Shown piece by piece: positions 39,011-48,801 of a DNA stretch of 64,000 bases (position 1 is the stretch's first letter; each line of letters opens with the position of its first letter). Position numbers and translations under genes: made by a program. The stretch is from Staphylococcus phage vB_SauM-UFV_DC4: the sequence record MZ779063.1. The stretch is one strand, 5' to 3'. Under the pieces are notes generated by a model that saw only the letters and a program-made list of their open reading frames with translations, had not been told where the DNA came from and searched no databases.

Positions 39011-39792
39011 TGTCTATTATTATTGAAGAATCAAAAATAGTAAATAAATTAGTAATGACTTTTGAAGAAATATCTAAGCTATTCAATAATATTGTTGATG
39101 GAAGTAAGTATATTAGTTTAAATAAAAATATTATAACAAATCATTCTAAGTCAGATGATAATCCTAATTCAGTTGAAGTGGAAATTATAGAAGATAATCC
39201 AATTTACGATTATCTTCTACCTATTGAAAATTGTGTTTTTAGTGTAGAAGACTTTATTGAAGTAAGAAAGAATAAGGGAGATAAAATTGTTAAAGTTGAA
39301 TTTTTCAATGAAATCGATAATAGTGGTATTAAAATAACTAGAGAATCTGATTTAGAAACTACTATTAATGGTGATGAGTTTGATGAAGATTTATTAGATG
39401 AAGAATTAAATTATTCATTGGATGCTATTAATTATTTTAGTTCTTTTGAACCAAGTCTAAATTTCAAATTAGATAATGATAGTTTATTGGAAATTAAGGA
39501 AAGAAAACCTTCTGAGTTCTTTAAGTTTATATTTACTGAAGATGATGTTATTGTTAAAGATCCTTATTATATTTATAATGAAGAAGACTACCTTATTGAT
39601 TTTAGAACTTCTAAAAAGTATTTATTAGGATTAAAATATAAAAAGACTAAAGGAGAAACAGTTTGTCCATTAGTTAAAATAGATGTATACGCCCCAGAAA
39701 CAACTGTATATAGTGAATTGATTATGATAAAATTTTCAATTTACCAAGACAAATTTGTTGCAAAATTGAAGAATTTAGTTTATAATATATAA
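39010..39792 (+). CDS. hypothetical protein (260 aa), translationally coupled to the DNAP N-terminal gene
   Basis: ATGA-type overlap with the upstream stop; no motif. Confidence 0.5.
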   Translation: MSIIIEESKIVNKLVMTFEEISKLFNNIVDGSKYISLNKNIITNHSKSDDNPNSVEVEIIEDNPIYDYLLPIENCVFSVEDFIEVRKNKGDKIVKVEFFNEIDNSGIKITRESDLETTINGDEFDEDLLDEELNYSLDAINYFSSFEPSLNFKLDNDSLLEIKERKPSEFFKFIFTEDDVIVKDPYYIYNEEDYLIDFRTSKKYLLGLKYKKTKGETVCPLVKIDVYAPETTVYSELIMIKFSIYQDKFVAKLKNLVYNI

Positions 39793-39835
39793 TGTGAAAA
39801 AATACTTATAAATTAAGAGAAAATTCTAAAAAGTA

Positions 39836-42298
39836 TTGAAAAGGAGTGTTTTGAATTTGGCTGATGAGAATAAAACTCAGAGAAGTATAAATAATCTCAA
39901 CAGAGATATGGTCAGAGGATTAGGCGATGAAGAAAATCCTAAGAACTTATCTGACAATATAAATGATTTTGATGATAGACTAAAAAAGATAAGACGTAAA
40001 AGTAATCATGGTAATAGTAATGGTGATATTCTATCTTTAGCATCTAAAGTAAACGGTAAAAGTAGAAATGTTAGAAAATCTAATACCGGTGATGATAAAA
40101 AAGATTTCATTAAAGATTTTATAGAAGAGAATATTGAAAATCAAGATTTTTCATCTGAAATTGCTAGAGTATCTAGATACGATGACTATAGAATTATAGA
40201 TAAATTTATACCTGAAATATCAACAAGTATTGATGTATTCGCTACTTCTATTATTGCACCTGATGATACTTCTAAATTATCATTGATGTATCGTTATGGT
40301 GATACAAATAATAAAGATGAATCAGAAAATAAAGAAGTTTTAAATGAATTAGATAGAATTGTAAAGAAATATAATTTGGACAATTTGACATATACTTCTA
40401 TTCGTGATGGTTTATTATTAGGTGATGTATTCTATATTATTAAAGATACTAAGTCTGATTTTGAAGAAATACTTAATGAAAATGATGACGTATTAGGAAG
40501 AGAAACACGAGATGAACAAAAAGTAATTAATGAATCATTTATTGACCAGAATCTTAAAGAATCTGATTTAGACACTATAATTAATGAATTTAATAATCAA
40601 TTTGAAAAGCCTATTAAAGATGAAGATCAATTAAATGAACAGAGAACTAATTTTAAAAATGAAATATTAAAGAGTATTAATGAGAATGTAGCTTTCTTTG
40701 AAAATTCTTCTGAATTACTCTCTGATATAGGTAAATACAAAGGTTCTAATGACTTACAATCATTTTTAAATAAAGCAGATAACAAAAATAAATCTAGTAA
40801 ATTAAAATCTGGTTCAGTTTATTTTAGATCCGTAGAACCCGAAGACATGATTAAATTAGAAATTGATGGTATGTGTATTGGTTATCTTTATATTGAACCT
40901 GATTCTGGAACTGATTTAAGAGGAGGAGCTAATCCTTTATTATCTGCTATGAATAATTTAATGGGAGATGGATACCAGAAGCAAGGTCAAACAGGATCAC
41001 CTTCAGGTGGTATGGGAATTACTAACTTAGATCCTGTTACTGGTGGCGTTGCAGGAAATAATATGTCTAGTAATTCTAAAAATCCTAATTCAGGAATGAA
41101 TGCTACATCTGGATCATATTATGAAAATGGAAATACTGTTATGGCATATCAAGGTTTAGTTGATGTTATAGTTAAAGGTATATCTCAAAAGATTAATATG
41201 GACTTCATTAATAAAAATGATTCATTTAAAGATATCATATATAGATTAATCCGTAAGAATTATATTATTGAAAATGGTATTAAAATGACTTTCTTAGAAG
41301 CTGATGAAGTGTTTCATCATAAATTAGACAGTCAAAAAACTTATGGAGTTTCTAAACTTAATAAATCATTATTCTTTGCTAAATTATATTTAAGTACTTT
41401 AATAACTACAATGATGGTTAAATTAAATCAATCAAGAGATAGACGTGTATTTAGAGTTAATGCAGGTTTAGATGATGATTATGAAGGAACTGTAGAAGAA
41501 ATAATTCGTAATGTGAGACAAAACGAAATGTCTACAGGATTATTTGGTGACGGAACTTCAGTTCAAACATTATTCAATCAAGTAGGTAACTTAGAAAACA
41601 TGTACATTCCTCAAAATAAAGAAGGTACTTCACCTTTAGAAATAGATACAATCTCTGGTATTCAAGTTGATATTAATGATGAGTTCTTAGAATGGCTTAA
41701 GAAATCAGTTATATCAGGTACAGGAGTTCCTTTAAACTATATTGATGCTGAAACTGAAACTGATTACGCACGTTCATTATCAATGCAGAATAATAACTTT
41801 GTCAGACGTGTAGTTAATTATCAAAAATCTTTCGGTGAATTTTATACTGAAGTATTAAGAAAACTTTATTATTTAGAAAATGTAAGTAAAAATAAAAAAG
41901 AAAATGAAGAATTAAGTAATAGAATACAAGAAATTGAAGCATACTTCCCAGCACCAGTATTCTTAAACTTAGGAAACCTTAATGAAGAAGTTGGAGCCGT
42001 TACGCAAATGATAGACTTCTTAGTTCCTTTATATACTTCAGAAGCTTCTGGTGACGAAGAAGAAGATGATAACGAAAAACTAAAACGTCTATTCCGTAAA
42101 GAATTAGTTCAACAAGAATTCATGTCTAATTTAGATTACGATAGATATGAAGATATTATTAACAATATTAAAGATGAAATAAATAAAGATAAAAGAAAAA
42201 ATGACATGGTAAATAATAATAATACTGATGAAGACGATTTATCTTCTTCAGATGACTCTGAAAATAATTCAAGCGATAATTTTGAGGATGATTTCTAA
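39836..42298 (+). CDS. candidate highly divergent RNAP beta-subunit C-terminal-like protein
   Basis: weak but co-linear resemblance to the beta C-terminal motifs: ...ENMYIPQNKEGTSPLEIDTISG vs ...MPYDENGTPVDIVLNP, and YARSLS...(16)...QKSFGEFYTEVL vs HARSTG...(14)...GQRFGEMEVWAL; lies next to the beta-prime C-terminal gene. Confidence 0.35.
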   Translation: MKRSVLNLADENKTQRSINNLNRDMVRGLGDEENPKNLSDNINDFDDRLKKIRRKSNHGNSNGDILSLASKVNGKSRNVRKSNTGDDKKDFIKDFIEENIENQDFSSEIARVSRYDDYRIIDKFIPEISTSIDVFATSIIAPDDTSKLSLMYRYGDTNNKDESENKEVLNELDRIVKKYNLDNLTYTSIRDGLLLGDVFYIIKDTKSDFEEILNENDDVLGRETRDEQKVINESFIDQNLKESDLDTIINEFNNQFEKPIKDEDQLNEQRTNFKNEILKSINENVAFFENSSELLSDIGKYKGSNDLQSFLNKADNKNKSSKLKSGSVYFRSVEPEDMIKLEIDGMCIGYLYIEPDSGTDLRGGANPLLSAMNNLMGDGYQKQGQTGSPSGGMGITNLDPVTGGVAGNNMSSNSKNPNSGMNATSGSYYENGNTVMAYQGLVDVIVKGISQKINMDFINKNDSFKDIIYRLIRKNYIIENGIKMTFLEADEVFHHKLDSQKTYGVSKLNKSLFFAKLYLSTLITTMMVKLNQSRDRRVFRVNAGLDDDYEGTVEEIIRNVRQNEMSTGLFGDGTSVQTLFNQVGNLENMYIPQNKEGTSPLEIDTISGIQVDINDEFLEWLKKSVISGTGVPLNYIDAETETDYARSLSMQNNNFVRRVVNYQKSFGEFYTEVLRKLYYLENVSKNKKENEELSNRIQEIEAYFPAPVFLNLGNLNEEVGAVTQMIDFLVPLYTSEASGDEEEDDNEKLKRLFRKELVQQEFMSNLDYDRYEDIINNIKDEINKDKRKNDMVNNNNTDEDDLSSSDDSENNSSDNFEDDF

Positions 42299-42309
42299 TA
42301 TTGACATTT

Positions 42310-42359
42310 GAATAACGGATTAAATACAATTCGTTATTCAAATTTATATTATATAAGTG
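42310..42359 (+). promoter_or_regulatory. terminator hairpin GAATAACGGATT...AATTCGTTATTC followed by the variant box AAATTTATATTATATAAGTG
   Basis: perfect inverted repeat, then a TATATTAT-containing box upstream of the beta-prime C-terminal gene. Confidence 0.45.
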
Positions 42360-42398
42360 TAGTACAGAATATTTATTTATAAGGAGAATGAATTAGAT

Positions 42399-44312
42399 AT
42401 GACAAATGAAGAAATTGTTTTAGATTTAAAATTAGGTAAGTATAATGATTATTTACACTCAGATAATTATTTTGAAATTTTAGAAGATTTAAAGAAAGAT
42501 ATTATTAGTAATCCTCAAAAAAGAATGGAAGACTATTTTGAAGACAATATATCTAAAAGTAATTATTTCACTTTATTAGTATTAGGTAAACCTTTTAGAG
42601 ATATGAATAAAGAGTTTACGGAAGAATACTTAGTTAATCCAACTGATATTGAAGATTATTATGATTATTTTGACAAAGTTGTTGTTAATTTTATTCATGA
42701 AGGACATGACCCAATAAAAGTTAGTCAATCTATTGCATTTATTATTGATGAATTAACTATATTTTCAAATGAATATATTTTACCTTTAGATGGACCATCT
42801 ATTTCATTATACGATATTATGAGATTGGCTAATGAAGATAAAGAAGTAGAAAAATTAATTAACTTTGATAAAGAAGATATTGACCCTAGCTTAAACTATC
42901 AGCAAATTATCAATGAAGTTCAAAAACCTAATATGCATAAATTAATTGATCGTATTAAATCTGATAAAGAAAATGATTATAAAACTTTCTTACATTCAGG
43001 AACAGGTATTAATAAGATACAATTGAATGAGGTTTTAAGTTTCGTAGGATACAAACCAGATATTCGTGGCGATGTTGTAACTGATATTATTGATACCTCA
43101 TTCATGCGTGGTTTAAAAGATACAACACAATTTGCTATTGATGCAGAATCTTCATTAAACGCATTAATGAACTCTAAGAATAAAGTACGTGAATCAGGAT
43201 ACTTAAACCGTAAAATTACTTTATTAACTTCAGATTTAAAATTATCAGAAAATGAAGATTGTGAAAGTAAACATTTTGTTTACGTTAATATGAATAGTCA
43301 AGATAAATTAGATAGATTTAATGATAGATTCTATTATGATGATACAGATCAAGAATTAAAATTAATTAATTCTAAAGAAGATAGTCATTTAATAGGACAG
43401 ATTGTTCCATTACGTTCTCCTATCACATGTGCTGAATCTAAAGGAAAAATATGCCAAACTTGTTACGGTAAACGTTTATATAACATTAATAGAAACTTAT
43501 CTGTAGGTATATTGGCTACATTAAGATTAACAGAACCTATGACTCAAAAATTATTATCAACAAAACACTTACAAGCAGTACAATTATCTGAATTCTCTTG
43601 GCCAGATATCTTTAAAGAACACTTTGAATTCTCTGGAGATAATATTGTTCCACGTAATGAAAAGACTAAAGTTATTATTGATGAAATGATTATTAATGAA
43701 GATTATGAATATGGAAGATATAAAGCTAACAGTTTTAAATTTAAAGTAGGTACTAAAACTCATACTGTTAAATCACCTGTAACTCTTAAAATACCAGATC
43801 AAAATATTGAGACTATGGATAAGTTTTATGATGAAGAAGAAAATGCATTTATATTCAGTATGAAAGACTTAAAAGAGAATTTCTTATTTAATATTAAAAT
43901 TAAAAATGAAGGTGTTGCTGACCCACTTCTTAAAATACGTTCTATATTAGAAAGTACTAAATACATTAGAAATGATTATGAAGAAAATAACTATCAAGCA
44001 ATGTTTAATGATGTAACAGATTTATTACTTAAATCAGGTACAGACGTTATGAGTGTTCATTTAGAAACTATTATTAGAAACATGGTATTCTTAAATGAAG
44101 ATTATAAAGAAAGAACTAAATATAGAGATCCTGAATTTGAACCTGATATTGAATTGAAAAATGTAGGTAGTGCTATTTTAAGTTCACCTTCGCCAGTACA
44201 ATCATTAATCTTTGAGAAGATTAAAGCACAATTAAGTACTGATGAAACTAATAACTTCTTCAGTAAAGATGGAGACTCAATGTTCGATCCGTTATTTGAT
44301 TTTGATATTTAA
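42399..44312 (+). CDS. RNA polymerase beta-prime subunit, C-terminal-half homolog
   Basis: CQTCYGKRLY...GILATLRLTEPMTQ matches the beta-prime C-terminal Zn-site / region G CxxCYGxDL...GxIAAQSIGEPGTQ (nt 43452-43475). Confidence 0.65.
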   Translation: MTNEEIVLDLKLGKYNDYLHSDNYFEILEDLKKDIISNPQKRMEDYFEDNISKSNYFTLLVLGKPFRDMNKEFTEEYLVNPTDIEDYYDYFDKVVVNFIHEGHDPIKVSQSIAFIIDELTIFSNEYILPLDGPSISLYDIMRLANEDKEVEKLINFDKEDIDPSLNYQQIINEVQKPNMHKLIDRIKSDKENDYKTFLHSGTGINKIQLNEVLSFVGYKPDIRGDVVTDIIDTSFMRGLKDTTQFAIDAESSLNALMNSKNKVRESGYLNRKITLLTSDLKLSENEDCESKHFVYVNMNSQDKLDRFNDRFYYDDTDQELKLINSKEDSHLIGQIVPLRSPITCAESKGKICQTCYGKRLYNINRNLSVGILATLRLTEPMTQKLLSTKHLQAVQLSEFSWPDIFKEHFEFSGDNIVPRNEKTKVIIDEMIINEDYEYGRYKANSFKFKVGTKTHTVKSPVTLKIPDQNIETMDKFYDEEENAFIFSMKDLKENFLFNIKIKNEGVADPLLKIRSILESTKYIRNDYEENNYQAMFNDVTDLLLKSGTDVMSVHLETIIRNMVFLNEDYKERTKYRDPEFEPDIELKNVGSAILSSPSPVQSLIFEKIKAQLSTDETNNFFSKDGDSMFDPLFDFDI

Positions 44313-44386
44313 AACAATATAATTCAACCAAACTTCTATTAACTTAGGAGTTTGGTTATATATAATAACTCTAGGAGGAATTTAAT

Positions 44387-44677
44387 ATGGAAAATGTACC
44401 AGAATATAGTTTATTAGGGATATATAATTTTAATTATGATAAAGAGAAATTAATAATGTCTATAATAAAAAATTGTCATATTGTCTTTAACACTATTAAT
44501 GAGGATGGAGAAAGAGATATTTATTTATTATCTGATTTAGAAATTAGTGAGGATGGTATATTTTCTTTTGTATTAACTAAAGATGATTTACCGGTATCAG
44601 TTCATAATTTTTCAATTAAAGAGGTATATGATTTTGATGAACTTAATAAATTGATAATGAAAGAAATTAATTCTTAA
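44387..44677 (+). CDS. hypothetical protein (96 aa)
   Basis: AGGAGG RBS. Confidence 0.45.
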   Translation: MENVPEYSLLGIYNFNYDKEKLIMSIIKNCHIVFNTINEDGERDIYLLSDLEISEDGIFSFVLTKDDLPVSVHNFSIKEVYDFDELNKLIMKEINS

Positions 44678-44744
44678 AAAATTAATTTTTTATAATAACT
44701 GATAGATATAAAATTTTAAAGCAAAAAGGAGAATTTAATTTAAC

Positions 44745-45191
44745 ATGGAAATTTTCAAATTAAAAGAATTAGAAGGTAAACAAGAACAAACAATCGAATT
44801 AACTGGTGATGATAAAAACCTTAAAGAAATTAGAGAAGCATTCTTTAATAGTCAATCAGGTACTTATATGGTAAATAAAACTATCAATGATAATATTGAA
44901 GAATTCTTCAAACATGCTGAAGATGATGTAACTGTAGATGATGTTTATAAACTTAATGTAATTGTTGAAGATGATAAACAAATTACTTTAGTTAAAGCTG
45001 AAAAAGATGATCAATTTAAGAAAGGTTGTTTCTACATGGTATTTGACTTAATGGGTTCTGTACCTGTTTATACTGATTTAGAAAATCCTGAAGCTACATT
45101 TGATTTATCCGGTATGTTTAAAGAAAATGGTTTTGATTTCTTTAAAACTATTGCAGAAGTATTCCCTACTACTATTGAGCTTAAACAATAA
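44745..45191 (+). CDS. hypothetical acidic protein (148 aa)
   Basis: AAGGAG RBS. Confidence 0.45.
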   Translation: MEIFKLKELEGKQEQTIELTGDDKNLKEIREAFFNSQSGTYMVNKTINDNIEEFFKHAEDDVTVDDVYKLNVIVEDDKQITLVKAEKDDQFKKGCFYMVFDLMGSVPVYTDLENPEATFDLSGMFKENGFDFFKTIAEVFPTTIELKQ

Positions 45192-45208
45192 AGAAAGAAG
45201 CTGATACT

Positions 45209-46756
45209 ATGGTAGTATTAAATGAAACAAGAAAAATAAAAGTATCTGTATATCCTACTCGTATATTAGTTGAAAATTACGAGTTAGGATTTTGTTCTGC
45301 AATAGAAAGTTATCTATCAGTATGGGATAAAATATATCATAAACATACTTATAAAGCTTTCAAATATGATGAAGAAAATAAAACTATATCTTTTCCAGCA
45401 GGTATTAATACTAAATTATTATTACAGTCATTAAAAAATCATGGAGAAATTGATTATCAAGATTTCAGAGCAGTTGAAAATTTATTCTTTAAACCTAAAC
45501 CAAATTATGATGTTAAAATGAATTTTAAACCTAGAGATCTTCTACAAAGAAAAGCTATAGAATTCTTAAATTCATTTAGTATATATGATCCATCAACACA
45601 AAAATTCCTTTCATTACAAACTGGTGAAGGTAAAACTTTCTGTGCTTTAAAATCAGTCATTGACAGAGAATTAGTACCTATGATTTTTGTTAATAACAAT
45701 AAACTTAAAGAGCAATGGGAAGAAAAAATAAAAGAGTACACTAATGTTGATAATGAAAAAATATATGTGATTCAAGGGAGATCAAGTATTAATAAACTAT
45801 TTAAAATGAAATCTAAAGAAAGAAATAAAATAGATTTCTATATAGTAATGTATAAAACGTTAAATTCTTTTATTCAAGAAGATGAAGAAAGATTACAAGA
45901 ATTACTATTAAAAACTAAAGTAGGTATTAAGATATTTGATGAAGCACATTTAGATTTTCGAAGCTTAACTAATATTGATATACAAACAGATTTACCGTCA
46001 ATATACTTATCAGCTACACCTAGAAGATCTGATAAATCAGAAAATATGGTATTTAGTAATATATTCTTAAAAACACCTATATTTAGTTCTGATAATTACG
46101 ACAGACAGATAGCTAATAATAGAAAAATACCATCTAAATATCATGATGTATTTATTATCAGATGGAATAGTAATCCTAAAGAAGTTGAATTAGCTGATTT
46201 CATGAAAGCTTCTAAACGTAATGGTCTTAATGTAAATCATTATAGTAAATACTTAATTGAAGAAGATAAAAGAAGAAAAGAATACTTTGATATTGTATTT
46301 AATATTATTAATAATGTCATTATGAAAGAAGAAGTTAAAAAGACTGTAGTTATGTTTAAATTAAAGAATATGATAGATGATTTTTATTCATATTTAGAAG
46401 ATAAACTTGGACCTGAAGGATTAGAATTTTTAAATTGTATTAGATACTATGATGGTATTGATAAAGAAGAAAAAGATAAAGTATTAGAATCTAACTTAAT
46501 TATTACAACTGATTTATCTCTAGGTACTGGAATAGATATACCTGATTTAAAAGCTGTAATTAATACAGTTCCTTTATCAAGTGAAAGTAAAGTAACTCAA
46601 ATTATGGGTAGATTAAGATATATTGAAAATGAAAAATTAATGTTCTTTGATCTAATTGATCATGGATTTAAGAAATTAGTTTCTCAAGGAAGTAATAGAT
46701 TAAGAAATGTATATAAGAAGAAAGCTTTAAATATAACTGATTTTAAAATTAAATAA
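45209..46756 (+). CDS. SF2 helicase (DEAH-box)
   Basis: Walker A-like TGEGKTF; DEAH box IFDEAHLDF; motif VI-like MGRLRYIEN. Confidence 0.6.
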   Translation: MVVLNETRKIKVSVYPTRILVENYELGFCSAIESYLSVWDKIYHKHTYKAFKYDEENKTISFPAGINTKLLLQSLKNHGEIDYQDFRAVENLFFKPKPNYDVKMNFKPRDLLQRKAIEFLNSFSIYDPSTQKFLSLQTGEGKTFCALKSVIDRELVPMIFVNNNKLKEQWEEKIKEYTNVDNEKIYVIQGRSSINKLFKMKSKERNKIDFYIVMYKTLNSFIQEDEERLQELLLKTKVGIKIFDEAHLDFRSLTNIDIQTDLPSIYLSATPRRSDKSENMVFSNIFLKTPIFSSDNYDRQIANNRKIPSKYHDVFIIRWNSNPKEVELADFMKASKRNGLNVNHYSKYLIEEDKRRKEYFDIVFNIINNVIMKEEVKKTVVMFKLKNMIDDFYSYLEDKLGPEGLEFLNCIRYYDGIDKEEKDKVLESNLIITTDLSLGTGIDIPDLKAVINTVPLSSESKVTQIMGRLRYIENEKLMFFDLIDHGFKKLVSQGSNRLRNVYKKKALNITDFKIK

Positions 46757-46776
46757 TGAAAGGTTGTTGAGGTATT

Positions 46777-47487
46777 GTGTCCATTATATCTCGTGGAGAG
46801 GCTATTGATAATTATCAATACCTCAATGAATTATTTATAAGTTTTAGAAAAGAAATTAATGAATTTTTATTTAGTGAGATATTTAAAATTAATCATACTG
46901 ATTTTAAAAACTCTATTATAGGTAGTGTTAATTCAGAATTTAAAGTTAAGGAAGAAAAAGATTCAATATGCTTATTATTAGAAGATAAATTTATTGAATT
47001 CGACCTTTATGAAGGATTTATTATCCTTTACAACTTTAAAGAGAATATTAGTTTAATGAAAGAAAAAATTGATATCCAAAAATCTATAATAGAAAATAAA
47101 TTAGATACTAGATATAATTCTAATAATAAACTTAAAAATAAGAATAAAAAGCTTAATAATGAAATAACTGAAAAGAATAATGAACTTAATGAAAGAATTA
47201 AATTAGGTGTTTTAACTAATGCATTACTAAATATGTTAAGAATGCCCAATTCATTTAAATTAAAAGAAGAAATAGATGAACTTAATAAAAGTATTGAGAA
47301 AAATAATCTAATTATAGAGAATAATGATAGTAATATAAAATTATTAGAAGAAGATAAGAAAGATATTAGTAAATATGATTTTAGGTTTGCTAATGATAAA
47401 TATCTATTCAATAAGATTAGTGAGTTTGTACAGTACTTTAAAAATGAATATGGTTTTGAATTTTATATTAAAAATGATACTATATAA
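46777..47487 (+). CDS. coiled-coil protein (236 aa)
   Basis: N/K/E-rich helical. Confidence 0.45.
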   Translation: MSIISRGEAIDNYQYLNELFISFRKEINEFLFSEIFKINHTDFKNSIIGSVNSEFKVKEEKDSICLLLEDKFIEFDLYEGFIILYNFKENISLMKEKIDIQKSIIENKLDTRYNSNNKLKNKNKKLNNEITEKNNELNERIKLGVLTNALLNMLRMPNSFKLKEEIDELNKSIEKNNLIIENNDSNIKLLEEDKKDISKYDFRFANDKYLFNKISEFVQYFKNEYGFEFYIKNDTI

Positions 47488-47498
47488 GGAGTAAATAT

Positions 47499-48131
47499 AT
47501 GAATACAGAACTAAGCAAATTAAGTTTAGAAGAGTTGAGTGATTTAAAAGAAGAAGTCAATAGATTTTTTAATAACGATTTATTTAAATTTCCTAATGCA
47601 GGAATCACATCTAATTTATCTTTACCTGCAAAGTATTATAATCTTTTATTAGTTAATATTATAGAAGACAGTAAACTAAAATTTACTTTATACGGTATCG
47701 ATATGATTATTTTTGATTTAGATACATTAGAAGTATCAATGAGCGATAAATATGAACACAATATGGGTTTAGCTGAAGAAACTCTAATTTCTAATTATGA
47801 AGGATTTACTGAAAAAGACAAATTTTTAGATTCTATAGAAGATGAGAAAAATATACTAAAAGATAAATTTATATTTGAAAATAATATTAGTTCTATTAAT
47901 AAAGAAATAGAAAATATTGAATCATTATTTGGTATCAAGTTTAAATTTATCGAAGATTTTGATGGTTATAAATTAGAAAGAAATCAAGATAATGAAGATA
48001 CAGAAGAAACTGAAAAAGAAAATATAATTGAAGATAATAAAATTGCTAAAGAAAGTAATGAACATGAAATTACACATAGTAAAAAAGATTCTTTAATTAA
48101 AAGAATAATTAAGAGAGTGGTGAAATTTTAA
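47499..48131 (+). CDS. hypothetical protein (210 aa)
   Basis: ORF with RBS. Confidence 0.45.
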   Translation: MNTELSKLSLEELSDLKEEVNRFFNNDLFKFPNAGITSNLSLPAKYYNLLLVNIIEDSKLKFTLYGIDMIIFDLDTLEVSMSDKYEHNMGLAEETLISNYEGFTEKDKFLDSIEDEKNILKDKFIFENNISSINKEIENIESLFGIKFKFIEDFDGYKLERNQDNEDTEETEKENIIEDNKIAKESNEHEITHSKKDSLIKRIIKRVVKF

Positions 48132-48731
48132 ATGACTGAAGAAAAATTACCTGCATTAAATATTATTGCTTCTGCAGTAACTACTACACCTAAGACTAAT
48201 ACAGAATTTATTAATATGACATTTATGGTAGATAACCCTAAATTTAAAGATATGTATTTAGAATTTTCTGATATTGATTTATCAGAAGTATTTAAAAACG
48301 AAATGCTTAAAGAAGCTTATGAAAACGGTCAATTAGCAGAATATACTAAAATTGATCAGACTTTAGATAATTATAATATTAGAATGATTAAAGATGATAC
48401 AGTTATACAAATACAACGTATTAGAGATTACTTTGAAGAATTATCTGAATATGCTGATAAATTAATATTCTGGGTTGATGAGATTACTTTATGGTCTCAG
48501 TTAATAGAATTAGTTTATGGAGGTTCATCAGATAACACATATGAATTACCTTCATATATTGACTTCCAACCTATTGACATAAAATCAGTAGTTAGAATGT
48601 CAGCTATAAGAGATAATGATTATTCATATGCAGAAGAATTAATGGGAACAAGTGAATCACTAACAGATTCATCTTTATCAATTTCATCATTCTTATTAAC
48701 ATTCATTAAAAATGCTGGAATATTAAAATAA
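48132..48731 (+). CDS. hypothetical protein (199 aa)
   Basis: start overlaps the upstream stop (TAAATG). Confidence 0.45.
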   Translation: MTEEKLPALNIIASAVTTTPKTNTEFINMTFMVDNPKFKDMYLEFSDIDLSEVFKNEMLKEAYENGQLAEYTKIDQTLDNYNIRMIKDDTVIQIQRIRDYFEELSEYADKLIFWVDEITLWSQLIELVYGGSSDNTYELPSYIDFQPIDIKSVVRMSAIRDNDYSYAEELMGTSESLTDSSLSISSFLLTFIKNAGILK

Positions 48732-48737
48732 ATTTTT

Positions 48738-48757
48738 AAATATATATTATAAAGATG
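48738..48757 (+). promoter_or_regulatory. promoter-like box AAATATATATTATAAAGATG
   Basis: motif copy about 45 nt upstream of the SSB-like gene. Confidence 0.45.
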
Positions 48758-48801
48758 TATTAGTAATGGAATATTATTAATATAAATAATTTAAATGGAG
48801 A

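Noticed and set aside
39010-39792. Possibility that this ORF is an intein or homing endonuclease interrupting the DNA polymerase
   Set aside because: It starts with its own ATG overlapping the polymerase stop codon. It has no LAGLIDADG, GIY-YIG or HNH motif and no intein splice-junction residues. The missing polymerase motifs are found 20 kb away rather than downstream.
47028-47411. 127-aa minus-strand ORF rich in L/S/F
   Set aside because: Antisense of the coiled-coil gene 46777-47487. It looks like a membrane protein only because of poly-Leu/Ser from the reverse of K/E/N codons.
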